DNA of 60,314 bases, filler included, from Sphacelaria rigidula (taxonomy: Eukaryota): NCBI GenBank assembly GCA_964200075.2. It is 6 parts of 6 records of this genome, joined end to end, with 100 filler letters (N's around TTAATTAATTAA, not from the genome) between each part and the next. Parts side by side here need not be neighbours in the genome. Positions count along the whole stretch, not along the records: positions 20,141 to 30,109 come from CAXNAA020007393.1; positions 30,210 to 40,178 come from CAXNAA020007394.1; 4 more parts are not named here. One strand, given 5' to 3'. Position 1 is the stretch's first letter, and each line of letters begins with the position of its first letter. The notes beneath the pieces were generated by a model that made no database searches, was not told where the DNA came from, and saw nothing but the letters and a program-made list of their open reading frames with translations. The translations under genes and the position numbers were made by a program. Shown piece by piece: positions 24,501-36,333 of this stretch.

Positions 24501-25077
24501 GGAGCATTGAGTGGATTGCCCGCCCCATACGTGGTCGCCCGTGAAGCGCAGTAAGGCTGGAATGATGTAGTTACGAAAACCCGTGTTTCACGCCGTACGG
24601 CCCAGTACTCGTACTACCAACTCTGCAGCAATCGGTTCGATATCTGAAATATGCTCCCTCTTCGTTTGGGCATACTGTAATCGTATACGAGCGCGCTTAC
24701 AGCCCAAATAGTATCCGACGTGCGTGCTATGCGAGAATTTAAGTCCGGTTGTACAATACCTGGACTTCGCAGAGACACAAGTGCTGTACTGTACGTACAT
24801 CCTACGCATGGCATGTTTTGAATTTCACAATCGTCCCATTTTTCCCCAACGGCGGATAGCAAGACAAGGGGATAGACACGGAATAAATGAAATAGAAATA
24901 CACAGGGTTCAACTCCATATTGGGGTTGGTAGCACGTGAAGTTGCAGTAGTTTATAGATTGGCGATGAAACTTATCATCCACATATTTGATCGTGTCCCC
25001 CTTTCACAGGATATAATGGTCATCAGGTACGAGCGTACTGACATGAACTCCTCCCTCAATTGATATGGTTTTGGTTT

Positions 25078-25115
<38 letters not shown>

Positions 25116-25285
25116 CAGTTACGCGGAGCTCCCCCCCCATCCCCAGCCCCCGATAAGGAGCGTTGATTGACTCTCTTACGGCAGCTACCGTCCTGACGTG
25201 AACGGTGTCGAACAGTAGAGACCGCAGGCTCGGGTGGAAGACGTAACCACGCGTGCTCTGTTGTCACTGCACTGTACTTGTGCTA

Positions 25286-25826
25286 TAGTACTAGGCGCCT
25301 GAACTAATTTTTGTTCAGAAGGTTTTTTTCTTGCGACTACTCTTCGAAAGAACTCGAAAGTGCTACAACGCGTCGGTAGAATTTGGTGAAATGAATAGAT
25401 CGTCTTCCTCCTCCAGTGCCCAAGTTAGTGTTATTTGATGTCATCGGGCGATACGAGTAGAAACCCCGTTTATCAGGAGGGTGTTATTGACAGTGAAACA
25501 CAGTTTTTCGGCTCCAGTGCAACGAGTAGGTAAAATTTCGAGGGAAAAGCCTGTAATTTTTTTCACAAACACGATTGGGACAGGCTCGATCGACCGGAAA
25601 TACCGAAGAGTCAGCACCTGGGCTGAAACGTGTCAGGATCCTCGATGACTGGTCAGTCCGTAAGTCACCCAGTATTGAGTACAGATGATTTTTTTCCTTG
25701 GAATGTGGAGCGGATACAAGTATCTTCAGATCCCCAATGTGATGAGCGGTGGCAAGCGACCGAGCCCAAGGAAATCGCCCAATTACGAAGAAATTACAAC
25801 AGGAACAGCTCAGGCGCCCGGTACTG
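25286..25826. mobile_element. Tc1/mariner-type MITE, family 1
   Basis: Imperfect TIRs tagtactaggcgcctgaact and agctcaggcgcccggtactg, flanked by TA. The interior is homologous (reversed) to 46100-46651. Confidence 0.75.
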
Positions 25827-25833
25827 TATTATA

Positions 25834-26458
25834 CGAGCTGGGCCAGCCAAGAAACCCGCATTCCTTGGGTACCCGATAACTTTTTAAGTTTCTCGAATCA
25901 GCCCGATGTAAGAGTGTATCCTTGTGACCTGCAAACCAACCTGTAAATGCACGCTCTGCCGCTGAAAAAGAAGAAAACACTAACTGCATATTATAGAACC
26001 TCAACGACGGAACCAGATTCTGCACAAGAAAAAAAAGAGTCTATCGGGATTCGAACTAGTGACCTTCCGCCCTCGTGGAAGCATATTTTCACCAGTCAAA
26101 CAAGATGCAGAAGGGACACAAAAAGTAGAATTTCCTGCCCAGCTTTAGATGTCTTCTTCCGAGGTTATACAAGGGCCTTCTACACGCAAGTTCAAAGTCC
26201 ACCACAGAAGCAGCCCGAATCGATTTTTTTCATCCAGGTAGATTTGACATTTTTTTTTTCCAGGAAATTTCAAGTCGCTCCGACTTTCTGTTTTCTTTTT
26301 TCTCACTCGCCTTGGCTTTTTCCGTTCTTTTCCGCGTGTTGATGGTACTAACCTCCTCTCGAAACTTCAAATGTCAGCTTCCAACTCCAACAATGAGGCA
26401 GTGCAAAGCTGTTCAATCCCCAATATCCCCAATAGAAAGTATTGGCAGGGCTAGCTCG
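25834..26458. mobile_element. Tc1/mariner-type MITE, family 2 (CGAGCTGGGCCAGC ends)
   Basis: Left end TA-cgagctgggccagccaa; degenerate right end ttggcagggctagctcg. Confidence 0.6.
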
Positions 26459-28834
26459 TGCTGTCGTGCACGTTGTAGCGATATTGTGCGTTGCCTTAGT
26501 TGTTTTTGTCGGGGAGATTTTCGTCACTCATTTTCACAGGTCCGGGCATAAGACCACTTGAATTGCGGATGTTTCCGTTGATAAGGAGGCTCTGTATTGC
26601 AAAAGTCCCAACGGCGTTCAAAATATCTGCTTAGAGTCACTGGGGTTCAAGTCGCGGTCCGCCATAAATTCATTCAGTATGCCGCCCCGACCCTTAGACC
26701 GGAGGTTGGAGTAGTCCGTGTTCCAAGTGAAACCACGGTTAGGACAAACCATCACGACTCTGAGTAATATCCAGACGAATCATCATTTGTCCGACCCTTG
26801 AAACATTCCTCGGATGCCCCACGGACGTGAGTCAGGGTCAGTGCTATAATTTTTCGAAGGCCTGTGGATGAAGGAAGCGACTGTTGAGAGGGTTGTGGTT
26901 GTCATTTTCCCAGAATTTAGGTGAACAATGACGGCAAGGTTAGCTGTCTCTCATATTGGTACGCTCTCTTCAGCACCGCGAACGCCACCACCGTACAGCG
27001 CAGCGTGTATGTAGGTGTTGAATCACTGATTCATTGAATGTCGGACATGAAGTGATACACTACAGAGTCAGCCGTGGTTCCGAGGGGGTTGCCCAAGCTA
27101 GATGAACGGAAACATTAGTTTGACAACACTCGATACGAATGGGGGTGAAGGAGAAGAGGGGAAAGTCGAGGGGGGGCGGGGAAACCTGAAGACTAGGCTT
27201 GAGAACCGAGCTGGTCCTGGAGTGAATGGCTATTGAGGTTACCAGAAAAGGCCGGAAAAGGGTATACCAACCTTGTCTTCCACCACTGCAGTGTACGGTG
27301 GTGAGCTAATTCGTTCGCGGCGTATAAATACGTGCGCTTGACCGGATATCTCGATTACACGGAGAACAAAATGGTGTCGTTTCTTTTCTGCTGTACATAT
27401 GTACAACACGGCAAGAAACAACCGAATAAACCGGAGTGTGTTTGCACAGCTGCAAAGTCGTGGGTGATCAGCGGTCATTTTTTTTTACCCGTGACGGAAG
27501 GAGAAAATTTAAGCCAACACTTACCCGGCGAGCGGGTTCATGCGCCGATTACCCGGAGCCTCGGCTAGACTGCCCTCCGATCATGTGCGCTAAAATAGAC
27601 CAAAACAGAAAATGAAAACGCGGTTGTTTTATTTTTCCTTGAACGCATCATCATTTATTTTCGCCATGATTTGCCCTTTCTGACTTTTTTTTTCATACAG
27701 AAGATGACATCGTTCGCTTACCATCCGAAACCACAGAAACATGATTGAAACGGAACCTGCAAGGGTTGTATGTCCATTACAGAGTAAGTGACGCACCTGA
27801 ATTCATGTATATCTGGGCGGTAATCTTCGGGGGAAACATGGACGGGAGACGCCCAATCTACACATGCAGTTTGTACCTTGCTGTGGCCACTATTGTACCT
27901 TTTCGTGGCCACTATCGACATTACCGATCCGTTCAGCATGGGGTATGACTACAGGCCACGCAAAACGACCACATTCGATGATATCCGCCACGAATGAAAC
28001 TCGCTCACCTCTGAATAACTGTACCCTAGTGAGGTCACCAACAATATGCTAGACCTTTTTTCTGACCAGCGGTTCAATCAAACTAGGCATGGAACCACAT
28101 CCCAAATAGTTGCCGTCTGACCCATGCCGTGCTTGTTGCAATCTGATTTGTTCACAAGTATTCCTGACTTCGGTCGGTCATTCGAATGTGCCAAAATTTG
28201 TCGGATAATACCCTGCGTGATCGCGGCCGTGAGCTCTGTCGAACGCGTCATGTGTGCGTATACTTGAGAAAGTACCCCAATTCAGTATATGACATGCACA
28301 TCAAACTCTGGACAACGACAATAGATAACATTGGCAAAAAGTGTACTGCGTACAGTATCGAGCACATTGTCAATTTTACAACATACATTAGATTCGATAC
28401 TATATGCAGTACGCTTTTGTCACTGTAATATGTTGTCATTGTCCAGCGTGTGATGCACATCTCTTGCGACCATGTATCCCTCGGGGGTCAGCTGATGTGC
28501 GACAACCACTCTATCAATTTATCAATGAATCAGCCGATCGAATCAACCAGTCAGTGTTGTTCGTGTACGCGCCCGGCTCTGTTCCAATCAGTCAGCCAGC
28601 GTCGTCGATTAAGAAGACCCGTTCCAATTTGTTTTTCACAGCCGATGAATGTGCGGCCACGATTTCGCACGCAGCATCGGGGGATGCACACATGCACACA
28701 GAAGTTGCGCTGGTCGTAAAAAGCGTCAACCCTCGGGTCACCATATCAGTCCACCTGAGTTCACGAATTTAAGTCAGTGCACCACGTCGGTGTGTATTGA
28801 GTTGTGTCAAAGACTACTCCAGCAAAAATGAGGT

Positions 28835-29148
28835 GTGTTCACCACTTGGTCGATGAAGAAAATTCTCGGAAACATATTTTTCAAGTAGCGCTGACCCTAA
28901 CCCTAAGCCCAACCAAAGGCATATCGAGAACTCTCGGGCGAGGGGAGTGCCAAGCGTTCCGTACGCAAAGTGTGGCGTTGGCAGACCTCAAAACGGCGTC
29001 TGCGGCGCCGATTTTGACGAAAACGCGTTCTGCGCACGCGAGGGGCAGTTGGGGCTGTCAGCCCCGATGAAGATCCGAATATCGGTGTTTGCACTCAAAT
29101 CAAATAATAAAAATCCGGGAAGGTTCTAATCGATCAAGTGGTGAACGC
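28835..29148. mobile_element. MITE with internal telomere-like (CCCTAA) repeats
   Basis: TIRs gtgttcaccacttggtcgat and atcgatcaagtggtgaacgc. The same end recurs at ~58668-58706. Confidence 0.65.
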
Positions 29149-29869
29149 TACTGGGAAATATGACAAGGTCAAACTGTTCGCGTCCGAAGGGTTACGGGCG
29201 CACCGCGTACTACACGACGGTTCACCTAGGAAACACACACACACGAGCACCTCTCCGCAACACAAAGAGGAGTTCTGGGTCACCGGTCGGGAGGTAATGG
29301 AATAGTCCATGGAGTCTGGTTGACTTACTCGCTACGAGTTCCAGCCGCGGTCATTCATGAGGTGTAGCAGACTTGAACAAGGTATAACAGACGGCAAGGC
29401 CCAAGATAAAACGTTGAGTAGAATAAACCTCGTGAACTATCACGAGTGCAGTCCTCCCGAAGGATGGGATACGTACGCTGCATTACCCTTCGGTTTCAGG
29501 ATATTTAGAATACAGCTCCCTAAAACTCCAGAATACGCAGGGTTTCGACCGTCGGCACTAGTGAGGAGTCATGCTACTATCAGGGGGGGGTATACTCATG
29601 TTTATGCATCCCATCGTCATAGAGCCATGGACCTCGCTACGAGAGGGGGGGGGGAGTAGTTTGATTAATCTATTCCACCAGATTCCACCAGATTCCACTT
29701 CAAATCGTAGTTGAAAGCAGCGACGATTGTTCGAACGCGCGCTACCGATAAGTAACGCTCGTTCACACTGCTGGGCACCGTTTTTACCCAATTATAAGCG
29801 CACTGCGAGTGTGCTAAGTCGTCTGACAACTGTGAGCCCATTTTTTTCGTGGGATCGAACACTCCCCTC

Positions 29870-30109
29870 CCGCTCCCCTATGGTGAGACACCCATGAGGC
29901 AGTGTATAAGCCGTGGCCGTCTCTGGGAGTGGCGATGCAAAAAAATATAGCGACTCATTGTAGGCCGTCATCCAAATACGAGATGATCAGTAGGCTTCTG
30001 GCCGAATAATGTTGGCGGGATGAAGCTCACCCTTCATGCGACTCGCAGAAACACCACGGCGCTTCGCGCTTGGTGATTGAATGCGAGCCTGCTCCGACGA
30101 AAACCCGAC
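29870..30109 (+). repeat. Copy of the ATGAGTAC-family repeat, truncated by the piece end
   Basis: atggtgagacacccatgag...cggcgcttcgcgcttggtgattga matches 10218-10450. Confidence 0.8.
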
Positions 30110-30760
30110 NNNNNNNNNNNNNNNNNNNNNNNNNNNNNNNNNNNNNNNNNNNNTTAATTAATTAANNNNNNNNNNNNNNNNNNNNNNNNNNNNNNNNNNN
30201 NNNNNNNNNGGATGACTCATTATTTTTTACGCGGACTGAATACATCATGCACTAGCCGGCACGCGTCCTTTTGGCCTGGTGCCCTGAGCGTGGTCGCCAC
30301 CTATCGGCGTTGCATTGTGCACGAGATGCACCAATGAAGAGCACACTTTTCAGACCACCCCCACGCGCAAAATCGTCACTTTCTCCGCCAGAAATCTACA
30401 CCGACGATCCCGCCTTGAGCAAAGCTTGCCACCGATGCCACGCGCTGGGCCGGTACTCCCTTGTGTCGGGCCCGCCGCTCGTGTGAACTGTGTCTACTTC
30501 ACGGCTGATATCAGCCGAATGCCTGTCATATGGTTCTTCCATGCGGGCATTCCGGTATTGGATTGTTTATTACTTCTATTTTCGCGCAAGACTGTAATTA
30601 ATATCATTTTTTCAATGTTAACAATTTCCGCTGGTTTAACCTACAACGACTGTATAACCAAACGCAAGGAAGACAATAGGTGTTGAATGATACTTCCCCT
30701 CTCCGAACCACACCCAGCACTCTCTCCCTCTCACGGAATTTCTTAATTATTGTGGAACAG

Positions 30761-30922
30761 GGTCAATTTCCTGCTGTAAACAGTGGCGAAGATGGGTATC
30801 TGTCCACGTCTCCTGTTGATGCATACCCCCCTCAGAACTCCCTCGGCTTGTACGATGCCGTGGGCAACGCGTGGGAATGGGTGCAAGATTGGTGGACCCC
30901 GGACAGGTCTACCTATCCTAAG
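30761..30922 (+). CDS. SUMF1: Formylglycine-generating enzyme (sulfatase-modifying factor) internal exon
   Basis: cag/gtgagc, 162 nt. [45 protein letters not shown] closely follows the SUMF1/FGE 'GeFP..NtgeDG..gtaPVdafppN.yGLy..vGNaWEWt.DWw' segment. The catalytic Cys exon is not seen, so SUMF2 is not excluded. Confidence 0.88.
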
Positions 30923-31016
30923 GTGAGCAAATAGTATTTGTTGCAATCTGTGTTTCGATGGCAGAGAGTGAACAAGGACAGGGAGATTGGAAGAAAGCGG
31001 GAGCGGGGGGGCTTTA

Positions 31017-32195
31017 CGAGGAGGGCCAGCCTAGAAGCGGATTTGGAACTTGCAGGCCCATTTGCAATCTAATTTTCAGAGTTGGGCACTGAAAATTGGT
31101 ATGGACAATCAGTAGAGCATCAAAAGAAGTACCCGTGGTGCCAAAGATTGTTTTTTCGTAATTTAACGGCATTTTACTCAAATCTGAAAGCTGATTAGTG
31201 CCTTTAGATCAGGGGGAAAAAAACTGTGTGCGCAAGTACTTTTTTCATCATGCACTACTGATTGTCCATACCAATTGTTGGCGTCCAACTCTGAGTAGTA
31301 AATTGCGAATAGGCCTTTTGAAAACCGAGCCGATGAGAATTCGGAACAGTAGTTTGCGGGTCGCTTACCGGCCCACGTTTGGTATTTGTTTATTGTAAAT
31401 TGTGCGGGACCTCGCTTGGTCGTGATGGAACTAAAAACAATGGGTCAGGTTGGTATTTATTTTCTTCACTGGTTCAGGGCGTTTTAGGATGGTACCGACC
31501 TTTTTTTTACGAGAACGCCCGAACCTCTCCCCCCCCCCGAAAAATGAAAGCCCATTTTTTTTGTTCAGCATACCCTTGTGATTCTCCATGCTAAGTTTCG
31601 AATCACAATTCTCGAATTGAGCTCAAAATTGACATGAGGTCTACGAGTAATCATTATTTCCCCTCGAAACTCCCCTACAAACACGAAAAAAAGTGAAAAA
31701 AAAATGAGAGAACCCGGTTTTTTTTTTTCAAATTTCATCATGCACTAGCAGTTCTTCATACGAAATTTCATAGCAACTCTCATAAACTGAGACGCCATAT
31801 CCAGATTTAGTCCATCTAGTGCCTCTGCTCGTCATATATCGATTTTAGTATAAGAAATTATGTGCGTCATATCTCGAGATAGATAACGAATGAGGTGAAG
31901 GTGAGGGTATCTATTGTCCCCCCGTGCTCCGGGGAAAGTGCACACCAAAAATCGTTGTCATCCGCTGAATGTATCGGTCGGGGTTTCATATAGATTTTTG
32001 TGTGGGCGATATCTCCGTACGATATAGGAATTACCAGACATGGAGTTTAATCGACAAGTAAGTATTGGCCCAGATTTTCGGGCAGATGGCCACGAATAGA
32101 CGATCAATACGATATGCGGATCACGGCCCAACTCGTCTGTATCGATGAGATATTGCTTTGAGAGCTTAAACCCGTTACTGGGCTGGCCCAGCTCG
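31017..32195. mobile_element. Tc1/mariner-type non-autonomous element, family 2
   Basis: TA-cgaggagggccagcctagaagcggattt ... aaacccgttactgggctggcccagctcg-TA. Confidence 0.7.
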
Positions 32196-33971
32196 TACGT
32201 GTTCCTTGTTTCACTATGGGAAGTGGGTTGGGGAAGTGGAGTGCATCTTCAGTTGAAAAGCAAGGTGAAATATGTTGCAGCGTGTTGCAGCACATATGCT
32301 TTTCATGGTATTGCATTTCCACAGTAGGGTGATGACTTCCTGTGAAAAACGTGCGAAGTCCTTTGGAAGAAGAAATCGGAGACTCTGGATCACTGTTTTG
32401 TCCAACGTGTAGGAAGCGGGGGAGACAGGGTGATTTTCGTGTTACAACGATTGGTCTTCTTTTGTATTTTCGCTGAGTTCGTGCTTCAATGATCTCTTAC
32501 AAAGTTGTGCTCTCTAGGGTATGGGTGTGTTCAGGAGGGTATGATATTCGTGACAGAACTTGCGGAACAATTGGGTACCAGTATAAAAGTCTTGCACAAG
32601 TTACAAAACCTGTCGAGTAGGGCATCTGAAGCTTGTAGAACTCACAAAACTTGTCGGGTAGAATATGAAGGTTACGCAGAAAACCGAACCCGCAACCGGG
32701 ATTTTTTTACGAGGATGTCATGGCCGTGCCCCGGGTAAGGGTGAACATTGTGTACAGAACTCATAGAATTGTCGACTACCTGTAATACCCGGCAAAATAC
32801 CCCAGGTGTACAAAACAAAACGTACCCTACAGATCACAACCTTGATTTGTTGTCTTCGGATTTTTCGGGGTTTTGTTATCATAACCCTTCTATTTTTCAA
32901 AACCCTTGTGCGTCATAGTTCCGGGACATGTTGTGGCAATGTGGTGATCGGTCAAGTGGGAATCATGTGAAGCGACCAACTTCGTTAACCCTAACGCACC
33001 CTTGGAATTTTCCAACCTCATCGGAGACCCTGCAGGTGGTATCACCCCGTTATTTCCGCAAGTTTCCGATTCCTTGCGAGCCTACAAGCTTTTCCAGCAG
33101 AGTCTTTTGCATAATCTCCTGCACACGGTGTGCATGCTCTTCTGATCAGATTCTCTGCTTGATCTGACTACCACCAACTGCCCCTTTTTTTGTTCGGCCT
33201 CGCCCGAATAAACGAACAACCCGCTTCGTGGTGTGCGATGGATACACATCATCCAGACCAACCCCCGAGGCCCTTCTACAGGCGTGGAGAAAACAAAGAA
33301 AGGAGGGTCATTCTTGTGCCATCACACGTACTGCTACAGGTGCGTCAGTTTGTTTTTGATGCGCTGATGGAGGTGCTCAAGTGTGTAGGTCTTGGGTTTG
33401 CAGAAAAATCTCAGCCCGCCCTGGGATTTTGACGCCACTTGTAGCTGTTGTCTTCCAAGTTCCTCTTTTCTCAAGCATTATCAACCGTTTGTGTCTCCTC
33501 ACTCAACTACAGGTGCGAACGAAAATGTGCTTTTACTCTTGCCGGGTTCAAATGTGAGGGCCATCCTCTTGTCCTCTTCGTAGCGTGGCCCCAATCTGTC
33601 CGTTGTTGGTGTATCGCGAGGCTATTCACATGGCCGGCGTTACACGTGTATCACTGGTGACGTGTATCACTGGTGACGTGCCCATCACGCGGAATTTGAG
33701 GATGGTGACCTGAGAGTTGTACCTGGTTCAAAGATGCTCATGTGAGAGCTTCCCTTACACTTGCGAGACCCCGGTTCCATGAGACGCTAGTGTAGGGGAT
33801 TCCGGATCTCTGCAACATCCCAACAGATTGCACAGCTTTTACTTCTTTTTTTGGGGGGGGGGGATCGTGTACCTTCGAATCGATTGAATCGCTCTTGCAT
33901 TGGGTGAAGTAATCAGTGACTGTAAAGTCGTGCGTGTCAGTCCCAAATTGTACGAAGACAAACAAGTGTTT

Positions 33972-35305
33972 CAAGGGTAGGTCGAGTAGAGTATGTACTT
34001 TTGAGTACACGAGTAAAGTACTCAAGTATTTACTCTACTCGACGTTTGAGTAGGTCAAGTACGGCCTCAAATACTCTACTCAAATTTTGAGTAGGTCGAG
34101 CACGATCTCAAATACTCTACTCAAATATTGAATGAGCACTCTCAGTAATACTTGTGTGTAGAGTATCACTTGAGTATGGCCTCAATTACTCTACTCAAAT
34201 TTTGAGTAGATCGAGTACGACCTCAAATACACTGCTCAAATATTGAGTAAGCACTCTCAATAATACTTGAGTATAGAGGATCACTTGAGTATGACCTCAA
34301 CACTCTGCTCAAATTTTGAGTACGTCGAGTACGGCCTCAAATATTCTACTTATATTTCGAGTAGGTTGAGTATGGTCTCAAATACTCTACTCAAATTTTG
34401 AGTAAGCATTCTCAGTAATACTTGAGTGTAGAGTACCCCTTGGGTATGGTGAGTATCCCTGACAGTCGGCGACTTCGTGAAGTCACTTTACAGACTACGT
34501 TGAATACATGGGCGAACGATGGCTGTCAATTAGATGGGGGGCGTTACATCACAGCCAACAAGGAGTATGAGCGAATGATCGCCATCAACAAATCAATGAA
34601 GCGTGCAGGGCCCTTCGACAATACCCCAACATTCGTTCTACCCTAGTTTCGCACCATTCGGTTCTGATTCAAATGTTTGCTGAAGTTTGACCTTGGATCA
34701 ACACTATCATGGGTGGGCAACTCTAGGAAGACCTCGGTATGTCCTCTACCCGAGTCCAAGTATCTTTCGTACGAACTTGGATATTGAAGTTGAGTTTATA
34801 GGTTTTCGGTACATCAGATCCGGCCCCAGATACTCTACTCAAATTTTGAGTAAGTCGAGTACGGCCTCCACTGCTCTACTCAAATTTTGAGTAGGCCGAG
34901 TACGGCCTCAAATACTCTCCTCAATTTTTGAGCACGTTGAGTACGACCTTGAATACTCTATTCAAATATTGAGTAAGCACTCTCAGTAATACTTGAGTAC
35001 AGAGAATCACTTGCGTATGACCTCAATACTCTACTCAAAATTTGAGTGCGTTCAGTATGGCCTCCAGTACTCTACTCGAATTTGAGTAAGCACTCTCAGT
35101 AATACTTGAGTATAGAGTATCACTTGGGTGTGATCTCATTACTCTTCTTAATTTTTGAGTAGACCGACTATGATCTCAAATACTCTGCTCGAATGAGTGA
35201 GTACGTTGAGTACGACCTCAAATGCTCTACTCAAACTTCGAGAACTAAAAGTATGACTCTTCAAAAATACTGAGTATTGAGTATACTCTACTCGACCTAC
35301 CCTTG
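33972..35305. mobile_element. Non-autonomous hAT-like DNA transposon with subterminal palindromic repeat arrays
   Basis: TIR caagggtaggtcgagtagagtat / atactctactcgacctacccttg, with a perfect 8-bp TSD aagtgttt (33964-33971 and 35306-35313). Many tactcaaattttgagta units. Confidence 0.88.
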
Positions 35306-35889
35306 AAGTGTTTATTTTCTCCTTTCTTCTCTCCAATGTGTTGAGCCTGTGCGTTTACCCGTCCACGTGTCTATTGTGTATGATGGTTTCCGCTGACTGC
35401 ACAGATATCGCGCAGCGGCACGCACGAAGTCGGACATTGACAGCGGGTCCTCTAATCAGGGCTTCCGATGTGCGGCAGACCCACCTCAAACAAAAAATAA
35501 AGACGGCGGCGGCCACGAGCGGAGCGGTGGAGGCGGCAGTCATCGTTCCGTGGAATTGTGAACGACAAACCCTGTCGTCTTCGTTTTCCGGGCGACCTGT
35601 GCGCGTGTTCCTGATGGTCAGCGTTATAGCGTTATTGCGTACTGTGGTGGCTGCCATCAGAAAAGGAAGGAAATCATGTGGTTTGAGGACACCAATATGT
35701 TGCTGTAGCCATGGCTTAACACTGGGAGACGCGGAGCGTACAGAGAAAAACAACATGAAGAAAATAAGGGCTTAAGCTCGTCCCCCTTTCTTTCGGGCCC
35801 ATTGACTTGAGGGCGCTGAAGAGGACCGAGAGCACTGGTCATGGAAGCTTCCCACTAGTTCCGAGAACACAAAAAGTCGACACGGACCG

Positions 35890-36333
35890 AACACGGGATC
35901 TTACAAATTGGGGATGGATCTTTTATTGGGGATGAGAAACCCAGAGAATTTCAATCTTCGGATCCACACCAAATCTTTGAAATATGGTTCCATTTCTTCA
36001 CCTACTGATAGCTGTTGACAACTGCTACACGCCATAGAAATTTGGATTTCGACCACCGAAACGTTGGGGTCCCAGGTGAAAAACCGATTTCGGAACCATT
36101 TTGGCGTCCGTTCGGACACCCGGAATTCCCGAAAATTGGTTTTTCACCTAGGACCTCAACATTTCGGTTATCGAGATCCGATTTTTTATGGCGTGTAGCA
36201 GTTGTTAATTGCTATCAGTAGGTGAAGAAATGGAACCATATTTCGAGGATTTGGTGTAGATACGAAGATTTTAATTCTCCGGGTTTTTCATCCCCAATCA
36301 AAGATGCATCCCCAATTTGTAAGATCCCGTGTT
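35890..36333. mobile_element. Fold-back MITE, same family as 7679-8118
   Basis: TIR aacacgggatcttacaaattggg / cccaatttgtaagatcccgtgtt; palindromic throughout. Confidence 0.85.

Noticed and set aside
20141-25280. Possible exons (21286-21411, 22111-22315, 23712-23850, 24110-24238)
   Set aside because: Splice-like sites exist, but there is no recognisable domain or consistent gene model.
28891-28910. Telomere
   Set aside because: Only two or three interstitial CCCTAA units within a MITE (similar short runs at ~10971 and ~54069).
33990-35290. CRISPR-like palindromic repeat array
   Set aside because: Units are degenerate and abut without unique spacers, there are no cas genes, and the array is enclosed by TIRs and an 8-bp TSD.
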